A stretch of 36,851 nt of DNA from a virus. The notes below the pieces were generated by a model. It ran no database searches, was not told the DNA's origin, and saw only the letters and a list, made by a program, of their open reading frames with translations. Position numbers and translations under genes: made by a program. This document shows positions 21,864 to 30,186 of the stretch, piece after piece. The stretch lies in the IMG/VR virus record IMGVR_UViG_3300042868_007814, positions 1 through 36,851 of that record. One strand, given 5' to 3'. How positions within the stretch are numbered: the first letter of the stretch is position 1; every line of letters starts with the position of its first letter.

Positions 21864-23344
21864 AGATCTGCACTCGCTGCAATCCATGCGGGTATCAATC
21901 CAGAGGCCTGCAAGTAAGCTGCGTTACCAGCGACTAATCCACTGGCAACAACCGCCTGCAGCGAAACATCTAAGCTAGACGATGTAAGTGCCAATATGTT
22001 GGTCACCGTCCGACCTCCCGCCGCTGCATCGCTTACATAGAATGCAGAAGGGCCTGAGAACGTAATAGCAGGCACCGCACGCAACTGTACTGGGAGCCTT
22101 ATCGAACCCAAAGCCTGTGTAGTTGTGGATGCCTGCAAAAGCCCAATAAATGCAAATGATGGGGTCACCCATCGGTAATAGTACCTACAAGCCAAAGCAA
22201 ATTCGGTGGCGTATGGTCGGATTTCAAATGCCGATGCATCAGTGCCTTGTTCTAGTTGCACGTTCCCAATAGTCCAAGTACCTGACGTTTGAGCGCCAAC
22301 ACTAAATACAAGTTGCAAACCAGTGGTAGCTGCTGCTGGCACACTCACTTGGGCGCTGTAGCGAGACACTGTAGAGTTCACAGTGAATGTCCCGGTGGCT
22401 ATTTGCGTAACTGTGGGCGCAGCCAAGGTGCCGAAGGTGTCGTCCGTGGTGGTGGCCCGAAACAATGTCCACGTCACAGTCGTAAGCAGTGAATTGGCAA
22501 GGTCTGCCGAAATGGTTACTGTCTGGCTATTTAAGTCGTAGGTATCACGAGCCTCTAGTCGGGTGCCGAAGCCGATTGCAGTAACCGAGGCCGCACCGGT
22601 GAATCTATAACGTCTTTGCGCCTGTGCACTACCTGCTACGACTTGACCTGTTACGTTGGCCCCAGTGCAATAGGCGTACCAACGGTCTGCGGTGTAGGCC
22701 AGGGCCGCACCAGCCGTAATGGTTTGTGCCGCGTATGCGTTGCGCTGGTCAACCTGAAAGCCGCCGTTGTGAATGCGATTTCTAAACCCTACTCCAATGT
22801 TGCCAAGCCCCATCGCTGCCCGAGCCGCAGCCAATGTCGCCCCAGCAACCACTGGCGCCATAGCCAAGGACACAGGCGCACTTGCACCCCCCGCGTAGTT
22901 TTGCAGCGCGTTACCTGCCGCGTTCCAGCCCAGCAGCGCATTGGCTACCGGCTCCGGGACAACTGTGCTCGCTGTTGATCCGGCTGCCAGCGTCAACGCT
23001 AACGCATTCAAAAATTGTGAGTCCTGCAGCATCATCACAATGCGGTCCAAGTCCGCATTAATTACGGGCGCTTGAAAGTCCCCAAGCTGTTGGAAATCAG
23101 AGGAGCGTGTCTTGGGCACGCTGCGCTGCAGCTCGATGATTTCCCCGCCTACCATTGGTGTACCAAATGTCACGTCAGCGCTTGCAGCGCCGATACCGGA
23201 CACCGTGAACCCGGTGGTAACTACTGCGCTGTTGACTTTGACTACAAGATCACTGGCAAGGAACAGCCGAAAATCGGTTGTGAAAAGCGTAGCTGCTGGG
23301 GCTGCCGTGTATTTTTTGTAGGGGGTTTGAGCGGTAACTGACAT
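21860..23344 (-). CDS. Tail fibre protein with a T7 gp17-like N-terminal attachment domain
   Basis: N-terminus YKKYTAAPAATLFTTDFRLFLASDLVVKVNS...IELQRSVPKTRSSDFQQLGDFQAPVINADLDRIVMMLQD is the podovirus tail-fibre N-terminal pattern. The C-terminal part is Thr/Ala/Gly-rich and beta-like. Confidence 0.7.
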   Translation of the reverse strand: MSVTAQTPYKKYTAAPAATLFTTDFRLFLASDLVVKVNSAVVTTGFTVSGIGAASADVTFGTPMVGGEIIELQRSVPKTRSSDFQQLGDFQAPVINADLDRIVMMLQDSQFLNALALTLAAGSTASTVVPEPVANALLGWNAAGNALQNYAGGASAPVSLAMAPVVAGATLAAARAAMGLGNIGVGFRNRIHNGGFQVDQRNAYAAQTITAGAALAYTADRWYAYCTGANVTGQVVAGSAQAQRRYRFTGAASVTAIGFGTRLEARDTYDLNSQTVTISADLANSLLTTVTWTLFRATTTDDTFGTLAAPTVTQIATGTFTVNSTVSRYSAQVSVPAAATTGLQLVFSVGAQTSGTWTIGNVQLEQGTDASAFEIRPYATEFALACRYYYRWVTPSFAFIGLLQASTTTQALGSIRLPVQLRAVPAITFSGPSAFYVSDAAAGGRTVTNILALTSSSLDVSLQAVVASGLVAGNAAYLQASGLIPAWIAASADL

Positions 23345-23383
23345 GGTGGCCTTTGCAATGGTTTGCGCGGGCCACCCAAAGGG

Positions 23384-24973
23384 CTAAGAGGTTTCGAACA
23401 CTATCTCGTGAACGCCCGCTGATGGACGCCAAGGATGCTGCTGATGCTCGGTCGGTTTCCCGACTATTTGCCCAATACGCACCGGTGTGTCGGCAATGGC
23501 ACCAGCGCCAGAATCAATGAAGTCGTCGGGCTGGTTTGTGCTGAGCGGGTTGAAGTCCTTCATCTGGTCCCATGTAGGCCCATCCAATACAGACACATGA
23601 GCCCACAGCACACCCATGGATAGCGGCGGCTCGAATGCGTCAAGGATGCGCTTTTGCTTGTTCACGGTGCTGTGATCGTCCACCACCGCGCAGCCGGTGC
23701 CCGCCAAGAACTTGCGCAGCCGTGGCGGTATAAAACCACCCGGCCCGTTCGTCTCCACTTTGACGCTGGGTATTTGGTACTCCAAAACCAACTCTTTGGC
23801 CCGCTTGCATTGGTCGTCTAGATCGCCGATCAAGGCCTCGGCAAACTGCCAGTACAGATTGCCGGATGCGTCGGTAAGCACCAGGCTAAAAACTGATGCA
23901 TCGGATTTGATCTTTCCAAGCGAGCAATCCCAGCGCGCGCACGCGCCCACAATCCGGGTCTTGCCAAGCCACATGATGGCCTCTCGGTTGGAGTATTGAA
24001 CGCGGGGCTTGGTGTCGTAGGGGACCATGCGCGCAGGGTCTAGGCGAACCTCGCCCACTGGTTTACTGTGTAACTGGTACTGAGAATCCCACTCATTGAT
24101 GGTGCGGCACTTCTTACGGCGGGTTTCCATTTCCTCCAAGGTGAATCGTTCAGGCCATGCGCTGCCTGCGTAAAAGTCCACCAACCCGCCCGGGGCTTTA
24201 TGCAACACCACTGTAGTGCCGCGCAGCGTATAGTCCTTACCTGGCTTGAGCGCCTTGGTAAATTTACCGATTCCGGCCAGTACCATTTCGGGTACAAAGT
24301 CCAGCACATATTCACGCTCTCGCGCTTCCTCTACCCGTTGTTCATTCGCAAACATAGGAATGGTCAGGCAATCAGCCCCCATGGCCTCCATTTCGTCGTA
24401 CAGGCTATCGTGGGTGTGAGGTGTCCCGATGTACAGCTGCCGCGCACCGGGCACCATACAGTGCGTTTGCTCGCCCAGTCGGTAGCGCATTTTCTCCCGG
24501 GCTTCGGGGTTTTGTATGTTCCTTGGTACTTCCACATCATCGTTTTGCGCTTCATCGCACCGGCTTGATGTGATGTTGGTGGTAATGCCAGCGGCTTGCA
24601 TTGATGGGTTCCGTTCATCGTTGGCACCTGGTACCCACCAAAAAGAAGCCTCTCCGCGAATGGCTTGGAACTGGTCGCGCGTGAGCGGGTGGCGCATGAG
24701 CACCGCCTTAGTGTCCCGGCTGGTTTTGTAGGCCGTCCTGTCTTGGTCGCCTTGGTGCAGTATTCGGTAAGCCGGGTCTTGGTAAAACCTCCAGGCGTTG
24801 TACACGGCCAGAATAGTGGACTTACCGAATCCACGAAAGCAGCGCAATACCGCAAGAATGCCACGATGCTCCAGCCAGTCAACGGCCTGCCAGTGAATGT
24901 CCGGCACAGTCCACCGCCGTTCCTCGGCCCAAATGGCAAAGAACGTGGCAAGGTTTACCTTTTTACTTGCCAT
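23384..24973 (-). CDS. terL: Terminase large subunit
   Basis: 529 aa. Walker A-like CFRGFGKST and acidic nuclease-type motifs in the C-terminal half. Preceded by a small-subunit-sized gene. Confidence 0.8.
   Translation of the reverse strand: MASKKVNLATFFAIWAEERRWTVPDIHWQAVDWLEHRGILAVLRCFRGFGKSTILAVYNAWRFYQDPAYRILHQGDQDRTAYKTSRDTKAVLMRHPLTRDQFQAIRGEASFWWVPGANDERNPSMQAAGITTNITSSRCDEAQNDDVEVPRNIQNPEAREKMRYRLGEQTHCMVPGARQLYIGTPHTHDSLYDEMEAMGADCLTIPMFANEQRVEEAREREYVLDFVPEMVLAGIGKFTKALKPGKDYTLRGTTVVLHKAPGGLVDFYAGSAWPERFTLEEMETRRKKCRTINEWDSQYQLHSKPVGEVRLDPARMVPYDTKPRVQYSNREAIMWLGKTRIVGACARWDCSLGKIKSDASVFSLVLTDASGNLYWQFAEALIGDLDDQCKRAKELVLEYQIPSVKVETNGPGGFIPPRLRKFLAGTGCAVVDDHSTVNKQKRILDAFEPPLSMGVLWAHVSVLDGPTWDQMKDFNPLSTNQPDDFIDSGAGAIADTPVRIGQIVGKPTEHQQHPWRPSAGVHEIVFETS
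23449..23465 (-). repeat. 17-nt hairpin motif copy 3 (inside the terL 3' coding region)
   Basis: Exact CGGTCGGTTTCCCGACT. Encodes (I)VGKPTE of TerL. Confidence 0.9.
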
Positions 24974-25331
24974 TCACTTTTGCATCAAACGTGCGTTTTT
25001 TGGCTTTGTCAAGCGCCCGAGCCACCGCCGCCGCCGCGCGCCGTTCCGCTTCGTTTATTTTCTTGTCCATGTCCGCATCTTTGGATGCCCCCTCTGCATC
25101 ATCACCGCCCGGTGCGCTGTGAGACTTCACCAAGTCCAAGGTGTAACGCAGCACGCCGCCCGTGGCCATAGCGTTTTTCTTGCACCAGTAAGAATCCCCG
25201 CGCTCTTGCTGCGTCATGTCCGCAGGTGTAGCCCCACCACCCGGCCATTCAACTGGGTCAGCCTCCACCAAAAACCGATCAGCCAATTTTTCGGAAAGGT
25301 CATTCAATCTTGCAATTTGGTCTGGTCGCAT
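24963..25331 (-). CDS. terS: Putative terminase small subunit (122 aa)
   Basis: AGGAG lies 7 nt upstream of the ATG at 25331. Overlaps the terL start by 11 nt. The upstream part of the track ORF (to 25601) overlaps the preceding gene and is rejected. Confidence 0.5.
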   Translation of the reverse strand: MRPDQIARLNDLSEKLADRFLVEADPVEWPGGGATPADMTQQERGDSYWCKKNAMATGGVLRYTLDLVKSHSAPGGDDAEGASKDADMDKKINEAERRAAAAVARALDKAKKRTFDAKVNGK

Positions 25332-25333
25332 GG

Positions 25334-27859
25334 TCAATCTCCTACTGCGTTGCTGAAATCGGGCGCACGGCTTGGCAGGGGTTCTGCCGGGTCCCACCAG
25401 TAGCCCTGTCCCCAGTCCTTTTGCGCGCGCTGTTTCATGCGGGCCAAGTAGCCGGGGTTGAGGGCTTCCTGTGCTGAAAAAAGAAACCAGTGCTCGTATG
25501 CACCGCGTGTCCACCATAGATTTGCATAGGGAAGCTGTGAGTTCCCCCACCGCAAGGCCTCGGCCCCGAAGTGGGTGTCTTTGCCCTTGGCAGCCTCCCA
25601 TGCGTTGGCCACCACCAGGTCACCAGCAAGCCCCGCCACAGCGCCCGCCGATGGCCCCAAGACTGTGCCTATGGTTTGCTCCGCTGAGCTGCTGCGCTGC
25701 TCGGTGGGGTCTTTGAAAAGCAAGTCTCCAAGGTATCCAGCACCGCCCCCCTGGGCCAGAGCGCGCATCCAGAATTTTTGCTCGGTCAAGTCGTAGGGGT
25801 CTTTGCCCTGTACCAGCGCTTTGTTTTGCAGCACCACGGCACCCAGCATCATGAGCGACAAGTTCAACCCAGCCATGACCGCTATTTTGTTGGCCACCCC
25901 ACCCGCTCGACCTTCGGCACCAAAGCCCATAGGTGCACCCTCCAAGCCCTGCGGGGTATCAAACACCCGGCGCCAGTGGCGCGTCATCATGGCGATGGGG
26001 AAGCTCTTGAACTGGGCAAAGGTGCGCATCAGCTCACCATTCACCGTGCCAGTGGGCATGCCGCCGCCGGTCACAATGGCGCGCGTGGCTAGGTCAGGAT
26101 TCGTCACGGCGAACTGCGCTTCGTCCACAGTGAAGGCCAGCACCTTGGTGGCAACCTGCGCAGCGTCAGCGTGGCCGGTGGCTTTGATTGCCTCCGGTGT
26201 CAGATACTCGCGCCCTTGGTGGTCTGTGGGCTTGGCCTGATTCACCACCGCCCAATCGGCCTCGGTGATGCCCTTGCGCTGCAATAGGTGGCGGTCCCAC
26301 TCGGTGAGCTTGCCCCACTCAGTTTTGCCCATCTTTGCCATGCCGCCCATCATGGTCATGGAGAAGGCATTGCGTAGGCCGTCCGTCCAGGCGTTCATCA
26401 GTGAGAGCTTCATCACGCTGCCAGCCAGCCGCCCGGTCAGGCTGTGCGTCATGTGGTCGCCAGTCCAGCGGTTCAATGTGGAAGTGAGCGATTCCCCAAT
26501 CACGCCATGGGCGTGCAGAAAATCCCGCGTGTCACCGTCAAACTGTTTGCCGATGTTGCGCAGCATGTCGAAGTACGGCAGCTTGTTGTAGTGCAGCGTA
26601 GCCGCAATGGTGGCCATGTCCGTGGTGCTAGACAATACCGCGCCGCCCAGCTTGGCCGCCGTTTGGATGTTGCGCATGTCTTGAAACACCTGGGCCACCA
26701 CACGGTTTTGTGAAGCGGTTTTCCCGCTGACCAAGTTCCAGTAAGCCTCGGGCTGGTTGCCAGCGCTGCGGCTGTCCCAGGTCCCCACGCCATCAGCCCG
26801 CTGGGCAATGTCCTGTTGTAGCTTGAATTGCTGCTCAGGATTGGGACCGTAGCGTTCCACCAGTCCAGTGTCGCGCGCCATGTGCCCAACGTGGCCCAGC
26901 ATGGCATCGTATAGGCTGCCCTGACCATATTCGCCCATGTAGTTCATCCACGCTTCACCATCTTTGAAGTGCAACACCCGGGCCTCGCTGCCAGCGTTTG
27001 CCTTAGCCCCGGTGCCCTTGAACTGACCGGGCTCGGTCTTGTTCAGCCCACCGGTGGCAATGGTGTCGTGGGCGCCTTCTAGCAGCTTGAGCAAGTCGGC
27101 ATCCTTCATCAAACTGCCGTCCGTGTTCACGTATTGCTCACGGTCTAGCAAGGGCATGACCTTCGCGGCCCAAGTCTGCGCGCCCGCCTCCATCACCCTG
27201 ATCGCATCATGCGCTTGGGATAGGTAGCCATACCCCAGCTTGCCAATGTCACCCCCGGCTGAATTGAAACGCTTGCGCATGCTCTCTATGGTTTGGAGCC
27301 ATGCTTTAGCCGCGGCTTGTGCTGCCGTGTTGCCGGTGTGGCCGTCTGCCAGCTTGAACACTTCGCGCACCACGTCGCGGGTTGTCACAGGATTGTCCAA
27401 GTCGAATATGCGCATGCCAAGGTTGCGCAGTAGGCCGGTGCCATCCTTGGAGCTGGCCGCGTCCATCAGGTCGGTGAGGCCCGAAATCGCATCGTTGCGC
27501 ACGGCATCAATGTATTGGCCGGTTTGCTCAATGTCGCGGATCAGTGCACCCGAGCGGGTCAAGTCGCCCAGCGTTGCGGAAGCCTTGATTCGGTTGTCAG
27601 TCTCGGCGGTGCGCAGCACTTGCAAGGTGGCGCGGTATTCCTTGAGTGCCGCCTGGGCCTGCACATCTTGCATGGCAGCCACGGCCGCTTCGCTCACCCG
27701 CTCGTCGCGGGATAATCCCTGCCAGCGCTGGCGGTCTTGGCGTGCCAGCTCCCGCATCTTGGCGCTGATAGCGTCGTCTATAGCTTGAATCTTGGCGGGG
27801 CTGAGCTGCTTGCCAGCGGCAGCGATTACGGCTTTAATGCAGTTCGAATTCATGGACAA
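25334..27859 (-). CDS. Internal virion / DNA-ejection protein (841 aa)
   Basis: Large ORF in the gp14-16-equivalent block between the tail tubular genes and the terminase. Hydrophobic Gly-rich C-terminal segments. Assignment by synteny only. Confidence 0.5.
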   Translation of the reverse strand: MSMNSNCIKAVIAAAGKQLSPAKIQAIDDAISAKMRELARQDRQRWQGLSRDERVSEAAVAAMQDVQAQAALKEYRATLQVLRTAETDNRIKASATLGDLTRSGALIRDIEQTGQYIDAVRNDAISGLTDLMDAASSKDGTGLLRNLGMRIFDLDNPVTTRDVVREVFKLADGHTGNTAAQAAAKAWLQTIESMRKRFNSAGGDIGKLGYGYLSQAHDAIRVMEAGAQTWAAKVMPLLDREQYVNTDGSLMKDADLLKLLEGAHDTIATGGLNKTEPGQFKGTGAKANAGSEARVLHFKDGEAWMNYMGEYGQGSLYDAMLGHVGHMARDTGLVERYGPNPEQQFKLQQDIAQRADGVGTWDSRSAGNQPEAYWNLVSGKTASQNRVVAQVFQDMRNIQTAAKLGGAVLSSTTDMATIAATLHYNKLPYFDMLRNIGKQFDGDTRDFLHAHGVIGESLTSTLNRWTGDHMTHSLTGRLAGSVMKLSLMNAWTDGLRNAFSMTMMGGMAKMGKTEWGKLTEWDRHLLQRKGITEADWAVVNQAKPTDHQGREYLTPEAIKATGHADAAQVATKVLAFTVDEAQFAVTNPDLATRAIVTGGGMPTGTVNGELMRTFAQFKSFPIAMMTRHWRRVFDTPQGLEGAPMGFGAEGRAGGVANKIAVMAGLNLSLMMLGAVVLQNKALVQGKDPYDLTEQKFWMRALAQGGGAGYLGDLLFKDPTEQRSSSAEQTIGTVLGPSAGAVAGLAGDLVVANAWEAAKGKDTHFGAEALRWGNSQLPYANLWWTRGAYEHWFLFSAQEALNPGYLARMKQRAQKDWGQGYWWDPAEPLPSRAPDFSNAVGD

Positions 27860-28037
27860 ATTCTTTCTATTCTGGTTTTACATTGCTTGCATGCTTGGGA
27901 TGGTCTTCTTGATCAGCTGCGGCGTGTTTGGCAGCGTCAAGACGGCGTGGCGGTACATGCGCACGCTGGTGAAGCACATCGCCTTTTTGGCAGCCGCTGG
28001 CTGTGTAGTGGCGTTCATAGTCACATCGAGCCTGTAG
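27852..28037 (+). CDS. Antisense-oriented small 2-TM membrane protein (61 aa)
   Basis: MDKFFLFWFYIACMLGMVFLISCGVFGSVKTAWRYMRTLVKHIAFLAAAGCVVAFIVTSSL. It fills the 161-nt gap between two minus-strand genes, and the minus strand has no ORF there. Confidence 0.45.
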   Translation: MDKFFLFWFYIACMLGMVFLISCGVFGSVKTAWRYMRTLVKHIAFLAAAGCVVAFIVTSSL

Positions 28038-30186
28038 ACAGGGCGCAATCGGCAGCGATTTGCAGCAAGGGCGCGTCTTGGGTGCCCAGCTCGGTATCGG
28101 TGCCCTCGATGGATTCCCGGCGAATCCGCTCCATTTCTTGGGCCACAGTGATGGGCTTGCCGTCTGCGTCTTGGCCTACTACCAGATCAGGACTGGTGCG
28201 CTCGATCTCGTCGGCGCGCGAAAGCACCGAACGAATAAGGGGGGATTTTTGGGGGGGTGGGCTGGAGCTAGATGCTCCGGGTTCGGCTGGCATGTCGCCA
28301 GCCTTGGGGGCTGCAGCGCTTAGCTGGTCTTGCGCTCTTGTTCCCTGGCCATAACCGTTTTGTTCAGGCTGTCCACTATTCCCTGCGCTATCAGGTTTGT
28401 TCGTTGCGCGTGGGTCATTACCGGCCGTGCCTCGGTAGACGGTTTCGGTGATGCGACTGGCTGAGTATTCTTGGTTGAGAGCTGCATAAAGTTTGTCCTC
28501 AATTCCACTGTAGTCTTGTGCGGGTAGTTTGTCAAGTTGAGAGATTTGGGCTTGATCTTTGCCCAGCGAGTTATCGACCACACTGATCGCAACCCGTGGA
28601 TCATCGGCATACTTTGCCTGTAGCTCTCGCATGGTTTGGGCTGAACCCATGTGGGTGCGCGCGTGCTCACGCAATGGCACGGTTCGCCCCATTCGCTCAG
28701 CTCGTGGCAGCGCCCCCATGGTCAAAGCCTCTACCGGGTCGCGGAACGTGTAGACAATACTCACCTCCCGCCCTGCGGCTAACGCCTGGTCAATTTTCGT
28801 CACCGATGAATCTAGTGAGTTCATATTGGTGTCGTAGATGATCTCGGCCCGCTTTGTTACTTCGGGCATCAATTTAAGCCCGCTGCTTTTCCCGGCCCCT
28901 GTGCCACCGGCCGTGAACAACACCACCGGGTCACGCCCTGCCGGGGTAGGTTGCGCCAGCTTCTCAGCGTAAAGTCGTTTTACAAAAGCACTGGCGGGCT
29001 CATGCACATCGGCTGACTTGGTTCTATCTGCTCGGTAGGCTGGGGAAAGTTCGCGCGCATCGTCCGTGTTCAAAATGCGGCCGTTGTCGGTGCTTTTTAT
29101 CTTGGCGTATTCGTCCGCAGCGCCTTTGAAGTCTTTCTCAATCCTTGCGGCCATTTCCTGAGTGATGGCGTTATTCACAGTCTGTCGCTCTGGCAACTGT
29201 GTCATTTGGCGCACGGCCTCGGCGGGTGGCGTAGCGTCCCGCACGTCTTGGGCAAGCGTGAGGTTATGGGTCATCACAGCGTCAACCTGCTCTTGCGTGA
29301 GGGGTGTAGATTCAGGTTTGGCAGCCGGTTGGGCTTCGGGTGCGACTACCGGCTTAGGTGCTCCAGCCTTGGCCCTGCGGGCTCCCGCCACGGCATACGC
29401 AGCAAATCCGGCGGGAACCAGCGAAGACACTGTCAACCCCACCGGGTCAAGTGGGTCGTATTGCTTGGCCAAATCTTCGTAATTCGCACCCTTAAGAATT
29501 TCGCGGGTGGCTGCTTGCTGCGCCATAAAAGACCCCGGCCCGCCAGCAGCCCATAGCCCAACTGTTTTCGGTATGGACCCGGGCGCGGCCACCGGCAACA
29601 TGACACTGGCGGTAGACACAACGCCAGCCACCGCCCCCACCTTCATGCGGGTGTTCTTGTCAACGCCTTGCTGTTTCAAGTCGTCTGAGGTTTGCATGCC
29701 CTCGTCTACCCCGAGCATGACCGCGCCCGGTACGCCGCCACCAGTCACCGTGTAGCCAACAGCCTTGACCGCAAATCGAGGTAAATCAAATGCTAGTTTT
29801 TCCGCAAGCCCTGCGGTAGCTGGATCAGGTCGGTAGTGACGCGATACGTCGCGCAACGATGAACCTGCAGCGGATGTGGTGTCAATTCCCTCCGCGTCAA
29901 CTTTGGCACGGTGCAGTTCAACATCACGTTTTTCTTTGTCGCTCTGCAAGCTAAACATACCCCCTGCGCTGGCAATGCTGCCCTGCCCATATGCGGCATC
30001 GGCTTGAGCGGCCCCCTTGAGCACATCGGCAACCATCGCCCCCGCCTCCGAAACGCCAGCGGTTATGCCTCGAAATGGGGCACTCCAGCCATTCCACTTT
30101 GATGCTGGTTTGGGTTTTTCTGGCGGCTGGGCTGCCAGTGTGGTGATAGCGGTTTCGGTGTCCGCTTGGTACAGGTCGTCTAGCAT
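28021..30186 (-). CDS. Internal virion protein (721 aa) with hydrophobic N-terminal half and a zeta-toxin-like P-loop kinase domain
   Basis: Residues approximately 365-580: ILNTDDARELSPAY...HEPASAFVKRLY...VVLFTAGGTGAGKSS (Walker A)...RAERMGRTVPLREHARTH, the zeta-toxin family layout. The N-terminal half contains Gly/Ala-rich TM-like segments. Confidence 0.55.
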   Translation of the reverse strand: MLDDLYQADTETAITTLAAQPPEKPKPASKWNGWSAPFRGITAGVSEAGAMVADVLKGAAQADAAYGQGSIASAGGMFSLQSDKEKRDVELHRAKVDAEGIDTTSAAGSSLRDVSRHYRPDPATAGLAEKLAFDLPRFAVKAVGYTVTGGGVPGAVMLGVDEGMQTSDDLKQQGVDKNTRMKVGAVAGVVSTASVMLPVAAPGSIPKTVGLWAAGGPGSFMAQQAATREILKGANYEDLAKQYDPLDPVGLTVSSLVPAGFAAYAVAGARRAKAGAPKPVVAPEAQPAAKPESTPLTQEQVDAVMTHNLTLAQDVRDATPPAEAVRQMTQLPERQTVNNAITQEMAARIEKDFKGAADEYAKIKSTDNGRILNTDDARELSPAYRADRTKSADVHEPASAFVKRLYAEKLAQPTPAGRDPVVLFTAGGTGAGKSSGLKLMPEVTKRAEIIYDTNMNSLDSSVTKIDQALAAGREVSIVYTFRDPVEALTMGALPRAERMGRTVPLREHARTHMGSAQTMRELQAKYADDPRVAISVVDNSLGKDQAQISQLDKLPAQDYSGIEDKLYAALNQEYSASRITETVYRGTAGNDPRATNKPDSAGNSGQPEQNGYGQGTRAQDQLSAAAPKAGDMPAEPGASSSSPPPQKSPLIRSVLSRADEIERTSPDLVVGQDADGKPITVAQEMERIRRESIEGTDTELGTQDAPLLQIAADCALSTGSM

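Noticed and set aside
25332-25601. Upstream extension of the TerS-candidate track ORF
   Set aside because: It overlaps the 3' end of the 841-aa gene in another frame. An AGGAG RBS precedes the internal ATG at 25331.
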